Source: Candidatus Nanohalarchaeota archaeon (GTDB lineage Archaea > EX4484-52 > B79-G9). From it: a DNA stretch of 46,661 nucleotides. Numbering within the stretch: position 1 is the stretch's first letter; the number at the start of each line of letters is the position of its first letter. The stretch is taken from contig QMVA01000001.1 of assembly GCA_003660865.1 (NCBI GenBank), forward strand, positions 1-46,661, written 5' to 3'. The notes below the pieces were generated by a model that was not told the DNA's origin, searched no databases, and saw nothing but the letters and a program-made list of their open reading frames with translations. Below, piece after piece: positions 26,012-35,718 of this stretch. Made by a program: the position numbers and the translations under genes.

Positions 26012-26803
26012 CTAATATTTTTGAGTAGCTCTTTTCACCGCCTCTTTCATCTCCCGGACAAACTTGCCAATCTCATCAACTATCTTCTTTTTGTCATCCA
26101 GATTCTTCTCAATAATCCTGACAATGGCGCTGCCGACAATTACTCCATCAGCTCCTGCGGTAACAATCTTTTGCGCGTGCGCTGGTTCAGAAACCCCGAA
26201 ACCCACAAGAACCGGAACGTCAGTCTTCTCCGTGACCTTTCGGACAAGGTCCAATGTATCGTGTGAAACTCCCTTTCGCGCGCCGGTAACCCCAAGTATA
26301 GACACAAGATATATGTACCCGGACACGTTTTTCAAAATCAGAGATATTCGCTCATAAGTAGTAGTCTGTGAAATAATGAATACAGTATCAACCCCGTGAT
26401 TCCTTGCAGCATCCAAGAAAGGTCCTGCCTCCTCAATAGGAACATCAGCTACAAGCACATAATCAACACCTGCATTGTGCGCATCAGCATAAAAGTTGTC
26501 AATTCCCCGGCGGTGAACAAGGTTAGAATAAATCAACAGACTAATCGGTATCCTGGAATACTTTCTTATCTCCTGAATCATCCTGAAGGACGAATCAACA
26601 CAGGCGTCATTATCAAGCGCCCTTTTGTCTGCAAGCTGTATGGTGGGGCCGTCAGCGACAGGGTCAGAAAATGCAAACCCCAGCTCAAGCATGTCAGCCC
26701 CTTCATCAATCATCTTCATGATGATCTTTTTGGAAGTGTCATAATCCGGATCCCCGACAACTACAAAAGGAACAAATATCTTCCTTTTACCAAACACATT
26801 CAT
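26012..26803 (-). CDS. trpA: Tryptophan synthase alpha chain
   Basis: 263 aa with [17 protein letters not shown] and GFGVS motifs. Its start overlaps the trpB stop by 4 nt. Confidence 0.95.
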   Translation of the reverse strand: MNVFGKRKIFVPFVVVGDPDYDTSKKIIMKMIDEGADMLELGFAFSDPVADGPTIQLADKRALDNDACVDSSFRMIQEIRKYSRIPISLLIYSNLVHRRGIDNFYADAHNAGVDYVLVADVPIEEAGPFLDAARNHGVDTVFIISQTTTYERISLILKNVSGYIYLVSILGVTGARKGVSHDTLDLVRKVTEKTDVPVLVGFGVSEPAHAQKIVTAGADGVIVGSAIVRIIEKNLDDKKKIVDEIGKFVREMKEAVKRATQKY

Positions 26804-27966
26804 TTCATCACCCTCATCACATGTTCCATATCCTTATCCCCTCTTCCCGAGAGATTCACAATAATAATGTCCTCTTTTTTCATCTTCTTTGCAACTTTGA
26901 GAGCATAAGCAACCGCATGTGCAGATTCAAGCGCAGGAATAATTCCCTCTAAAAGAGAAAGTTCCTTAAATGCAGATAACGCTTCCTTATCAGTGATGCC
27001 TACATACTCTACACGCCCTGCATCCTTAAGCGCACTATGCTCGGGACCCACACCGGGATAATCAAGTCCTGCTGAAATCGAATATGCCTCATTGATCTGT
27101 CCGTCTTTATCCTGCAATATATAGGAAAGCGATCCATGCAATATGCCGGGTTCACCCCTGCACAAAGATGCGCCATGTTTATTTGTATCCATCCCAAGTC
27201 CTGCTGCCTCAACACCATAAAGTTTTACGTCATCTGACAGGAACTTAAAAAACATCCCGATTGAATTCGACCCGCCGCCGACGCACGCAACAATAGCATC
27301 TGGCAGTCTGCCTTCAACATCCATAATCTGCTTTTTGGTCTCCTCACCGATGACCCTCTGGAAATCGCGTACAATCATAGGATATGGATGCGGTCCCACA
27401 ACAGACCCAAGTACATAATATGTATCCCGGACATTAGCAATCCAGTCGCGCAGTGCCTCATTTACAGCATCCTTAAGGGTACCTGCACCGGATGCTACCG
27501 GAACCACTTCTGCGCCGCACAATTTCATGCGAAAAACATTCAGCTTCTGGCGCTCAATATCCAGAGTACCCATAAAGATGTAGGTCCTGATGCCAAGCAA
27601 TGCCCCAACAGCCGCAGTTGCAACACCGTGCTGCCCGGCGCCCGTTTCTGCAATCAGGCGCGTCTTGCCCATATACTTTGCCAAAAGCCCCTGGCCAAGA
27701 GTATTGTTTATCTTATGTGCCCCTGTATGGACCAAATCCTCCCGCTTAAGATAAATCCTACAGCCATACTTGCACGATAAATTCCCTGCGAAATAGAGTG
27801 GCGTAGGCCGTCCGGCATAATTTTCAAGAAGTCCATGCAATTCCTTTTTAAAGCCTTTATCATCCTTTAATTTAACATACGCGCGCTCAAGCTCTTCAAG
27901 CGCAGGCATGAGCGTCTCAGGCACAAACATGCCCCCGTATTTTCCGAATCTTGTATCTATCTTCAT
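26800..27966 (-). CDS. trpB: Tryptophan synthase beta chain
   Basis: 388 aa with the PLP-lysine region HTGAHKINN and GGGSN. Confidence 0.97.
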   Translation of the reverse strand: MKIDTRFGKYGGMFVPETLMPALEELERAYVKLKDDKGFKKELHGLLENYAGRPTPLYFAGNLSCKYGCRIYLKREDLVHTGAHKINNTLGQGLLAKYMGKTRLIAETGAGQHGVATAAVGALLGIRTYIFMGTLDIERQKLNVFRMKLCGAEVVPVASGAGTLKDAVNEALRDWIANVRDTYYVLGSVVGPHPYPMIVRDFQRVIGEETKKQIMDVEGRLPDAIVACVGGGSNSIGMFFKFLSDDVKLYGVEAAGLGMDTNKHGASLCRGEPGILHGSLSYILQDKDGQINEAYSISAGLDYPGVGPEHSALKDAGRVEYVGITDKEALSAFKELSLLEGIIPALESAHAVAYALKVAKKMKKEDIIIVNLSGRGDKDMEHVMRVMK

Positions 27967-28592
27967 AAGTAATCCCTCTTTGTAATCTCTATAAACTTCT
28001 TCATCTTATCATGGTCTTTCCTACCGGGCGCTGACTCAATACCACTGGAACAATCCACTGCATACGGCCTGACTGTCTCAATAGCAGATCTGGCATTGTC
28101 GATGTTCATCCCGCCTGAAAGCACAATGGGCTTTTCAAAAGAAAATCCGCTAAGCACACTCCAGTCAAAGACATCCCCTGTCCCACCGGCAATATCTTTC
28201 TTATAAGTATCAAAAAGAATCGCATTAATATAAGGCTCATATCGCTTAACCTGCAATAGGCTGGACTTGTCCTTTATTCTGAATGCTTTGATGACATTAC
28301 AGAACTGCGCACAGTACTCACCTGACTCATTGCCGTGAAACTGCAGGGCAGTCAGCCCGCAATAAGAGTGGATCTCGCGCACGACATCTTCCTTTTCATC
28401 CACAAACACCCCGACTTTCGCAACAAAAGGCGGAAGATATCTTATAATTTCCTTTGCTGTATCCTTATGTATACAGCGCGGACTTTTTTTATAGAATATG
28501 AAGCCGAGTGCATCAGCCCCAAGCTCAATTGCCTTTATCGCATCTTCTAGATTCGTTATCCCGCAAATCTTAATTCTTATCATAAAAATCAC
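27963..28592 (-). CDS. trpF: Phosphoribosylanthranilate isomerase
   Basis: IKICGIT and LQFHGNE motifs are present, about 205 aa. An alternative start is ATG 28583. Confidence 0.9.
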   Translation of the reverse strand: MIFMIRIKICGITNLEDAIKAIELGADALGFIFYKKSPRCIHKDTAKEIIRYLPPFVAKVGVFVDEKEDVVREIHSYCGLTALQFHGNESGEYCAQFCNVIKAFRIKDKSSLLQVKRYEPYINAILFDTYKKDIAGGTGDVFDWSVLSGFSFEKPIVLSGGMNIDNARSAIETVRPYAVDCSSGIESAPGRKDHDKMKKFIEITKRDYL

Positions 28593-29367
28593 TTAGCTCT
28601 TTTAGTTTTTCTTCTATATCTCCTTTCATAATCGTGGTGCCTACAAGCACAGCATCAATATCTGCCTTTTGTAAAAATACTATATCTTCCTTTGCCATTA
28701 TCCCGCTCTCACTAACAATGACTACACCAGAAGGTATCTGTTTCGATAGTTCAATAGTGGTATTCAAATTGATTGTCATTGTCTTCAGGTCCCTGTTGTT
28801 TATGCCTATAATGTCTGCGCCTGAGCGGATAGCAATATCCAGTTCATCTCTGTCATGTGCTTCAACAAGACAATCCATACCCAATCCTTTTGCAATATTG
28901 ATGAAAGTTTTCAGTTTTGCCTTATCAAGTATAGACACTATCAATAATACGGCATCTGCGCCGTAATATCGCGATTCATATATCTGGTACTCATTAATTA
29001 TGAAATCCTTCCTGAGTACAGGCAAGCTTGTATTTTCTTTTGCAAGAGACAAATACTTCAAAGAGCCGCTAAAATATACATTATCAGTCAGTACTGATAC
29101 TGCACTTGCATGTTTATCATAAAGTTTCAGTATCCTCAATACCTCATCATCACCTGCATCTCTTATCTTACCTGACGCTGGAGACGCGAATTTCAATTCT
29201 GCAATAAGTTTCGGTGACGGGGTGCCGTCCCGTATTACTGCCTGCCTGAATCTTCCGTCGCTCTTTTTGATTCCGCCAATAAATGACACAAGAGGTATAT
29301 CTACTCTTCGCTGCTCAACTTCATTTTTCTTATTTTCTATAATTTCAGAAATAATATCAGTTCGCAT
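28570..29367 (-). CDS. trpC: Indole-3-glycerol-phosphate synthase
   Basis: Contains IAELKFASPASG, LRKDFI and IGINNRDL motifs. Confidence 0.95.
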   Translation of the reverse strand: MRTDIISEIIENKKNEVEQRRVDIPLVSFIGGIKKSDGRFRQAVIRDGTPSPKLIAELKFASPASGKIRDAGDDEVLRILKLYDKHASAVSVLTDNVYFSGSLKYLSLAKENTSLPVLRKDFIINEYQIYESRYYGADAVLLIVSILDKAKLKTFINIAKGLGMDCLVEAHDRDELDIAIRSGADIIGINNRDLKTMTINLNTTIELSKQIPSGVVIVSESGIMAKEDIVFLQKADIDAVLVGTTIMKGDIEEKLKELSDFYDKN

Positions 29368-30367
29368 TTGTAATCTCCTTCAGTTTCTCAAGTGCCTGTA
29401 GCGCTTTTGTGCTCTCTATTGATTTTATCGCAAGAGGCAGTGCATCTTTTATTGTATCTGCACCGCCACTGGCTGCGATTGCAGCTGCAGCATTCAATAT
29501 CGTTATGTCATATTTCGGACCTTTTTGGTTGTTCAGAATATCAAGTGTGATCTTTGCATTTTCCTCTGGTGTTCCGCCAATAATTTTTGAGATATTTACA
29601 GTGTCAATTCCAAAATCCTCTGGTCTGACAGTATATGTGCTTATTTTACTGTCTCTTAATTCAGTGATTCTCGTTTCCCCGCAGATGCTTATCTCGTCGA
29701 GTGGATAGCCGTGAACAATATATGCGCGCTTTGTACCAACGTTCAGAAGCACTTTTGCAAGCGGTTCTGTAAGGCCAGGATCATAGACGCCGATGAGTTG
29801 CGCTTTTGCCCAGGCAGGATTTGTGAGCGGTCCGATAATATTAAATATTGTCCTTATGCCTATCTCTTTTCGCGGGCCTATTGCGTATTTCATTGCTGAG
29901 TGAAAATGCGGTGCGAATAAAAACCCGATATTTGCATCCTCTATGCATTTTGTGACAGTTTCCGGTGAAACATCAATCCTGACACCAAGAGAAGAGAGCA
30001 CATCACAAGACCCGCTTTTGCTTGAGACAGACCTGTTCCCGTGCTTGGCGACAGGGATGCCTGCACCGGCAACCACGAAGGCTGCTGTGGTTGAGATGTT
30101 GAATGTGCCTGTGCTGTCTGCCCCTGTACCGCATGTATCGACAAGCATGTCCATTTTCGGTGCAATTTTAAGTGCTTTCTCTCTCATGACGTGGACAGCG
30201 CCTGTTATCTCATCTATTGTCTCACCTTTCATGCGAAGCGCGCACAGAAAACATGCAATCTGCGCATCAGTTGCACCGCCGTTCATTATCTGCATAAAAA
30301 CATCTACTGTTTCCTTTTCAGAAAGATTCCTGCCATCCACAACTTTGGATATTGCCTGCTTTATCAT
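29357..30367 (-). CDS. trpD: Anthranilate phosphoribosyltransferase
   Basis: Contains VDTCGTGADSTGTFNIST and KHGNRSVSSKSGS motifs. Confidence 0.95.
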   Translation of the reverse strand: MIKQAISKVVDGRNLSEKETVDVFMQIMNGGATDAQIACFLCALRMKGETIDEITGAVHVMREKALKIAPKMDMLVDTCGTGADSTGTFNISTTAAFVVAGAGIPVAKHGNRSVSSKSGSCDVLSSLGVRIDVSPETVTKCIEDANIGFLFAPHFHSAMKYAIGPRKEIGIRTIFNIIGPLTNPAWAKAQLIGVYDPGLTEPLAKVLLNVGTKRAYIVHGYPLDEISICGETRITELRDSKISTYTVRPEDFGIDTVNISKIIGGTPEENAKITLDILNNQKGPKYDITILNAAAAIAASGGADTIKDALPLAIKSIESTKALQALEKLKEITNAN

Positions 30368-30960
30368 AGTTTATCACCTTTTACAATTGAGATCATATTC
30401 TCGATCATCTTTCCGCCGACAGGCGTAAGTATCGACTCAGGATGAAATTGTACACCCTCAACCATATATTTCTTGTGGCGCACTCCCATCACAACACCGC
30501 TTTCAGTCTTTGAGGTAATCTCAAGGCACGCCGGCAGATCCAAAGCAGCAAGCGAATGATACCTGCCGCAGGCAAACGGGCACTCAATCTCCTTATACAG
30601 TGTCTTGTTGTCGTGAAATACAAGCGAAGTCTTGCCGTGCAGGGTCTCATCTGCTACACCTACTTTTCCGCCGAATGCTTCAACAATCGCCTGGTGCCCA
30701 AGACATATCCCAAACACAGGGATCTTCCCGCAGTATTTTTTGATGATATCAATGCATATGCCTGCATCACCGGGCGCTCCCGGTCCCGGAGAGATTACAA
30801 TCTGTTTTGCATTGTGTTTCTGTATCACATCATCAATGTGCTCTATGGAAACATCATTCCTGTAGGTGATCACATCATGTCCCCTTTTCTCAAACTCATC
30901 CACCAGATTATAGGTGAATGAATCAAAATTATCAATCAACAGGATTTTCATATTCCACAC
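30364..30960 (-). CDS. trpG: Anthranilate synthase component II (glutamine amidotransferase)
   Basis: Contains ILLIDNFDSFTYNL, the catalytic GICLGHQ, and FHPES. An alternative start is ATG 30951. Confidence 0.95.
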   Translation of the reverse strand: MWNMKILLIDNFDSFTYNLVDEFEKRGHDVITYRNDVSIEHIDDVIQKHNAKQIVISPGPGAPGDAGICIDIIKKYCGKIPVFGICLGHQAIVEAFGGKVGVADETLHGKTSLVFHDNKTLYKEIECPFACGRYHSLAALDLPACLEITSKTESGVVMGVRHKKYMVEGVQFHPESILTPVGGKMIENMISIVKGDKL

Positions 30961-32554
30961 CGCCAGTCATCTCAATTGCCGAAAGGCACGCCTTAGCTTT
31001 TTTTACAGTTTCCTCAAACTCTTTTTCAGGTACAGAATCATAGACAATACCTGCCCCTGAGCGAATATAGGCTGCATCTCCCTTTATCTGCATGGACCTG
31101 ATAATGATAGTGGAATCAAAATCCCCGTGAGGCGTAAGATAAGCAACGACCCCGCCGTAATAACAGCGCTTATTCTTCTCTGCCTCCCGTATAAGTTCCA
31201 TTGCCCGGATCTTCGGGGCGCCTGTAAGTGTGCCCATATTCATGGACGTGAGATACGCATGAAGCGCATCCATATCATCTCTCAAAATCCCGCTCACATT
31301 AGACACAATATGCTGGACATGAGAATACTTTTCAACAATGAAGGGTTCATCGACAATGCGCGTACCTGGTTTCGATACCCTTGCAATGTCATTTCGTGCG
31401 AGATCGACAAGCATCACATGCTCAGATACCTCTTTTCGGTCAAGTTTCAGCTCTATCTCGTACTTCGCGTCAAGATCTGCGTCTATTTTTCCATCTGCGA
31501 TGCCTCTTGGGCGCGTACCTGCAATTGGCCGTATCTCTACCTTTTTTTCTTTTTCACCTTCGACACGCAGCGCCATCTCTGGTGAGGCGCCAAGAAGAAC
31601 TGAATCACTGAAATAGATATAAAACATGTAGGGAGAGGGGTTCAGGCGCCTAAGGGTGCGGTATATGTCAAGGGGTTCGGCATTGTATTCTGTTATTATG
31701 GTGCGTGACGGTACTGCCTGGAATATGTCTCCACATCTGATATGTTCTTTTAGCTTATTCACGATACCTGTGAATTTTTCTTTTGATATGTCGCTGTGGA
31801 TATGGACTTTCTTTTTTCTGTAATTGCGCGGCTTTGGGACAGATTGTTCCATTACCTGTATATACTTGTCGATTGTCTTTTTGCACTTCAGGAGAACATC
31901 TGAATTATCTTTGTCGACGAGTGCGTTCGCAATAAGATAAGTGATATCATTCTTGTGGTCGAAAACAAAGAGGTTATCTGCAAAATACATCTCATAGTCC
32001 GGTGTCTTCAGGATGTCGTGCCTGTTTTTTGGAAGGTCTTCAAACTGGTCAATAAAATCATAGGATATGGCTCCAAGCAGGCCCCCGTAGAAAGTTAGAG
32101 GTTTTGCAGTGGGCTTGAACCTGTATGCGATAGCGCGTAAGATATCGACATGTGTCTTTTGGTTTAGGCGCTCTCTTTCAGAAAGGTTCTTATCATGTTT
32201 TGGTTTCAGTGTCCCGGTGATCTGTGTCTTTTCATATCTTATGGAGTCGCAAAAAGACAGGTCATCCTTTATCAATTTGAGAAACTTTTCTCCTGTCTCA
32301 TTGAATGCTGTAATCCCGAAATGGGTATCTTTCCCGGATACTTTTAGGCACGGTGCGGCAGTCCCCATGCTGAACTGCGCATACTTGGCAGATACAGATG
32401 CAGACTCAAGAAGCAGGCAATGCGGATTGCGCCCGTAATCAGAAAGCTTGGCAAAGAATTCTACAGGGCACTTAAGTCCTTTTACGACTTTATAGATCGG
32501 AATAATCTCTCCTGGTTTTGCAGATGCAAGATTTTCCGCGCCAAAGATATCCAC
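30932..32554 (-). CDS. trpE: Anthranilate synthase component I
   Basis: 540 aa with chorismate-binding motifs (NPSPYMFY, GTLTGAPK, YGGVVAY). The start is GTG, preceded by GGTGA about 9 nt upstream. Confidence 0.93.
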   Translation of the reverse strand: MDIFGAENLASAKPGEIIPIYKVVKGLKCPVEFFAKLSDYGRNPHCLLLESASVSAKYAQFSMGTAAPCLKVSGKDTHFGITAFNETGEKFLKLIKDDLSFCDSIRYEKTQITGTLKPKHDKNLSERERLNQKTHVDILRAIAYRFKPTAKPLTFYGGLLGAISYDFIDQFEDLPKNRHDILKTPDYEMYFADNLFVFDHKNDITYLIANALVDKDNSDVLLKCKKTIDKYIQVMEQSVPKPRNYRKKKVHIHSDISKEKFTGIVNKLKEHIRCGDIFQAVPSRTIITEYNAEPLDIYRTLRRLNPSPYMFYIYFSDSVLLGASPEMALRVEGEKEKKVEIRPIAGTRPRGIADGKIDADLDAKYEIELKLDRKEVSEHVMLVDLARNDIARVSKPGTRIVDEPFIVEKYSHVQHIVSNVSGILRDDMDALHAYLTSMNMGTLTGAPKIRAMELIREAEKNKRCYYGGVVAYLTPHGDFDSTIIIRSMQIKGDAAYIRSGAGIVYDSVPEKEFEETVKKAKACLSAIEMTGGVEYENPVD

Positions 32555-32591
32555 CCATAATTTTCACCATAATTCGTATTGGATGGATATC

Positions 32592-32603
32592 TTTATATAT
32601 TTA
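32592..32603 (-). promoter_or_regulatory. Probable TATA box of the trp operon
   Basis: The minus strand reads aaatatataaag about 40-50 nt upstream of the trpE GTG. This would give a short 5' UTR carrying the GGTGA Shine-Dalgarno sequence. Confidence 0.45.
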
Positions 32604-32858
32604 GGGGTTGCGGGTGTTGTTTTTTGGGTGGGGCTCGCGCTAAATGGGCAGTAGTTTGGTACATATCATTGGGTTTATGGGCGCCAGAAAAGTAAGACTA
32701 AAGAAAGAAAACATTGATAACTAAGAATAAGAAAATCTACAGGTTCCGAACAAAGCGTTTCCAATCCATCGGCATCACAAATCACCTAAATGTAACTGTT
32801 GATTGGCGCCTAAAATATATAAGGCTTTCGGAAGCATCGGCATGAAAATAATAAAGTT

Positions 32859-32996
32859 GTGAGCAAACAAGCACGTGAATCGCAAAAGAAGGCAGAGCGG
32901 ATAATCAACAACCTTAAAGAAAAAACAGGGCGCATTCCCCTAAAAACCAAGCCGGAAAAAGAATTCATCCTGATAGCAAAAAAAAATCGAAAATAA
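32859..32996 (+). CDS. Possible 45-aa lysine-rich small protein (GTG start)
   Basis: My own translation gives (M)SKQARESQKKAERIINNLKEKTGRIPLKTKPEKEFILIAKKNRK*. TATA aaatatataa (32813-32822) lies about 40 nt upstream. A nested hairpin at 32995-33030 follows the stop immediately. The ORF is below the track's size cut-off. Confidence 0.3.
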   Translation: MSKQARESQKKAERIINNLKEKTGRIPLKTKPEKEFILIAKKNRK

Positions 32997-33148
32997 AGAC
33001 GGGCTGAAACAGCCCTTTGTAAGCGTCTTTGACCTTGAAGACATCATAAAGACCAGAGACTGAACAACCCCATTCATTTCACTGGCGCCAACAAAAAAGT
33101 ACCTATGCGAAACTGTAAATAACTTCAACTACTAGAGAAGTAATTACT

Positions 33149-33496
33149 ATGAAACCCAACAAAAAAACAATATACTATGGAATTACAATTCTCACAGTAA
33201 TAATCGTCTTACTAATCGCGCATTCAATATTCTTCAAATGTTCGATTCCATACGCTGTTTCCTGCTATTATCAAGATTCCAGTGAAACAAAAAATATCTC
33301 TTGCATATCTGACAAAGATTGTTCTGTTGAAAATATGAACTCCTTTTGCATCCCGGGACGTCCCACTCTCCTAAAGTGTGGCAGTTCCAAATATTATTGC
33401 GATAATGGGTATTGCAAAGGATGCGACTGTATTGGCCAAAGTTATGATATCAGCAAAAGACAGAATGGAGTGTATGAGAAACGCGATGAGAGATAA
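33149..33496 (+). CDS. Small cysteine-rich membrane-anchored/secreted protein
   Basis: 115 aa with an N-terminal TM segment (YYGITILTVIIVLLIAHSIFF) followed by 11 Cys (CDNGYCKGCDC). No family was recognised. Confidence 0.6.
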   Translation: MKPNKKTIYYGITILTVIIVLLIAHSIFFKCSIPYAVSCYYQDSSETKNISCISDKDCSVENMNSFCIPGRPTLLKCGSSKYYCDNGYCKGCDCIGQSYDISKRQNGVYEKRDER

Positions 33497-33696
33497 CCAA
33501 ATCCAATAAGTTTAATATATTCTATATGATCATGAAGAAAAAGTTGATGATGACCATTGCAATTTTAGTTGTTATTATATTGCTGTTTGTTTTACTATAG
33601 TCAATCGTCAAATTATAGACCAAATCGATTTCATATAAATCAATATCGATTGACTGTTTTGAAGTGGATATTCTTCAAAGGCTTGGAACGTAAGTT

Positions 33697-33743
33697 CCAT
33701 GATATGGCAATCCAACACAAAGGTCAATTATTGTTGGATTGAC
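33697..33743 (-). repeat. 47-nt hairpin element, copy 2 (inverted orientation)
   Basis: The reverse complement is gtcaatccaacaataattgacctttgtgttggattgccatatcatgg. It differs from copy 1 at 3 positions. Confidence 0.75.
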
Positions 33744-33834
33744 TATATCTGTTTTTCTTTTGCCTGATTTTTTATTAGCTTGCGGGAATTATACTCGGTT
33801 CTCAATGAGGAACATACTTGGAAGATTCTATACT

Positions 33835-34662
33835 TCACACACCATTAATAATATTGCTAATTTCATTAACTACGTCTGTTGCAAACAGGCTCTCGCCATG
33901 AATTGCTGCGGCAGCATCTCCTGCAGTTCCGCATATATATGCTCCTGCAACTGCAGCGTCAAAGGCGCTGATTCCCCGTGCAAGGAGCGCTCCACAGATG
34001 CCGGCAAGGACGTCTCCTGTTCCTCCCGTAGTCATGTACGCGTTGCCTGTCTTGTTCAAAATAGTTCTTTTGCCATCAGAGATGATGTCCCTATTTCCTT
34101 TAAGCAGGATAACAGCGCCAAATTGTTTTGAGGCTTTTTCGACCTCTTTTACTTTGTCTTTTTTCTTACTCAGGTCGATGCCAGTTAACTCAAGGAACTC
34201 ATGGATGTGTGCGGTTATGATGAAACGATTGTCGTTTCCTTTCCATTGGTATTTCTTTATGGCGCAAATTGCATCGGCGTCAATCACGCACGGCAGTTTT
34301 ATTCTTTTCATAAGATCTGCGACGGCTCGAAGTACAATACCTTCTGTTGTCAGGCCGGGACCAATGACGATTGCAGAAGAGCGCAAAGATAACCGTGTGA
34401 GCAAGTCGATATGCTCACAATTCAATATGTCTCCCTCTAAGGGTACAGTAATCAGGCATGGTGAAAAAGATGCGACAATATCAGCAGCTCTTTTTGGAGC
34501 AGCTACAATGCAGATGTCACAGCCGGAATTAAGGGATGCAAGTGCCGAGAGCGCTGGCGCTCCAGTGTACATATTGCTGCCGCCTACAATAAGGAGCTTC
34601 CCGAAATCTCCTTTCTTAGAGTCTTTTGGGCGTTTTTTGAAAATATCCTTAATAAGATTCAT
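33835..34662 (-). CDS. nnrD: ADP/ATP-dependent NAD(P)H-hydrate dehydratase (YjeF C-terminal domain family)
   Basis: Contains KGDFGKLLIVGGS, YTGAPALSALASLNSGCD and GGTGDVLAG. The start was moved to ATG 34662 (MNLIKDIF), because the track's 57-aa N-terminal extension looks non-coding. Confidence 0.85.
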   Translation of the reverse strand: MNLIKDIFKKRPKDSKKGDFGKLLIVGGSNMYTGAPALSALASLNSGCDICIVAAPKRAADIVASFSPCLITVPLEGDILNCEHIDLLTRLSLRSSAIVIGPGLTTEGIVLRAVADLMKRIKLPCVIDADAICAIKKYQWKGNDNRFIITAHIHEFLELTGIDLSKKKDKVKEVEKASKQFGAVILLKGNRDIISDGKRTILNKTGNAYMTTGGTGDVLAGICGALLARGISAFDAAVAGAYICGTAGDAAAAIHGESLFATDVVNEISNIINGV

Positions 34663-34701
34663 AGTAAATATATTGTGGTAAAAGAATAAATATGTGATAG
34701 T

Positions 34702-35061
34702 ATGCAAATCAAAAATAGGACAAGAAACAAGACAATAACAGTGATGCACGCAAAAAATCCTTTGGCGCTCACAAGAGGTCTGATGTTCAAAAGTACAGGA
34801 AATATGCTTATGGAATTTCCTATAAGTGCGAGGCACGGCATCTGGATGCTTTTCATGCGCTATCCATTGGACCTTATATTTATAGGCAAGGAAAAAAAAA
34901 TAACTGAAATCAAAAAAAATATATCTCCGCTAACACTTAATCCCAAAACATGGAAAATATACTATCCGGGAAAGAAAGCAAAATATGTGCTTGAACTGGA
35001 TGCAGGCGAGGCGCACGATTTCGATTCAGGTGTTGGTGATGTGCTTGAATTCCATAAATAA
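34702..35061 (+). CDS. DUF192 family protein (second paralog in the window)
   Basis: Shows the RGLMF...GIWMLFMRYPLDLIF...YVLEL pattern. An alternative start is ATG 34744. Confidence 0.7.
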   Translation: MQIKNRTRNKTITVMHAKNPLALTRGLMFKSTGNMLMEFPISARHGIWMLFMRYPLDLIFIGKEKKITEIKKNISPLTLNPKTWKIYYPGKKAKYVLELDAGEAHDFDSGVGDVLEFHK

Positions 35062-35138
35062 TAGGTAAAAAAACCAAAGTCAACCGACAAACATTTAAAA
35101 CTGTACAGGAAAAACAAAACAAACAACAAAAAACACAA

Positions 35139-35215
35139 GGGGCCTTAGGGTAGTTTGGTTATCCTTTGAGCTTTGGGAGCTTAGGACCCCGGTTCAAATC
35201 CGGGAGGCCCCACCA
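35139..35215 (+). tRNA. tRNA-Pro (anticodon UGG) with genomically encoded CCA
   Basis: Folded by hand. The acceptor stem is ggggcct/aggcccc. The anticodon stem is tgagc/gctta with loop ttTGGga. The T arm is cccgg-ttcaaat-ccggg. The discriminator is a, followed by cca. TATA-like catttaaaac lies about 35-45 nt upstream. Confidence 0.9.
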
Positions 35216-35457
35216 TATTTCTATATTCTCAACACTACAGAAACAAAACGCATGTAAAAATGTTAAACGAATACGACTACTTCATAAACATCTTATACAA
35301 ATAAAGGTTATGAGCATGAACAATAAACTCAAATGGTGCAAGAACCAGAAAAACGGGCTAAAGTAAATAGTGCCCAAAAAGACTTTGTCTGGGAAACCAG
35401 GACTATTTTGGGCAAAAGAAGGAGCATAAATGCATAAGATGCATGGCGCAAAGAATA

Positions 35458-35565
35458 TCAACACATAAGCACTTTGCTGAATGCGCCCTTAACCTCATGA
35501 TCCCTCTGCTTCCTTGATACCGCGCGGAACCAAAAATTCAATGGACTTTCCGGATTTCTTTTCAT
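35458..35565 (-). CDS. Possible 35-aa small protein with a strong Shine-Dalgarno sequence
   Basis: The translation is MKRNPESPLNFWFRAVSRKQRDHEVKGAFSKVLMC*. AGGAGGTG (minus strand, 35571-35578) lies 5 nt upstream of the ATG. No homolog was recognised. Confidence 0.3.
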   Translation of the reverse strand: MKRNPESPLNFWFRAVSRKQRDHEVKGAFSKVLMC

Positions 35566-35718
35566 AACAACACCTCCTTGTGATATATCTAAGAATAAGA
35601 ATAAGAACAGCGTAATATAAACCTTGTCAATACATACCTTGCCGATAGAGTCCAAATTTCGTGATAATCCGACATATTTAAAAATAATTGACCATCAATA
35701 TAATTGGACGTGATTCTA

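Noticed and set aside
26012-32554. Transcription-attenuation leader peptide for the trp operon
   Set aside because: There is no Trp-rich short ORF between the putative TATA (32592-32603) and the trpE GTG. The predicted 5' UTR is only about 15 nt, which is incompatible with a bacterial-type attenuator.
33526-33600. 24-codon hydrophobic ORF (MIMKKKLMMTIAILVVIILLFVLL) with a TATA-like box just upstream
   Set aside because: It could be a real small membrane peptide. However, it is too short and compositionally trivial in AT-rich sequence to call without conservation or expression data.
263-35061. Two DUF192 paralogs (263-727 and 34702-35061) as a possible linked system
   Set aside because: They are 34 kb apart with unrelated neighbours and only family-level similarity. 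This is most simply ordinary paralogy.
35166-35366. 66-aa ORF on the plus strand
   Set aside because: Its 5' part is the tRNA-Pro gene itself, so it is not a plausible protein.
35316-35457. Decayed HEPN-type toxin gene next to the tRNA (based on a vague resemblance of KWCKNQKNGLK to N-termini I associate with HEPN proteins)
   Set aside because: The resemblance rests on a few residues recalled from memory. It cannot be supported without a profile search, so it is mentioned only as stop-interrupted coding-like sequence.
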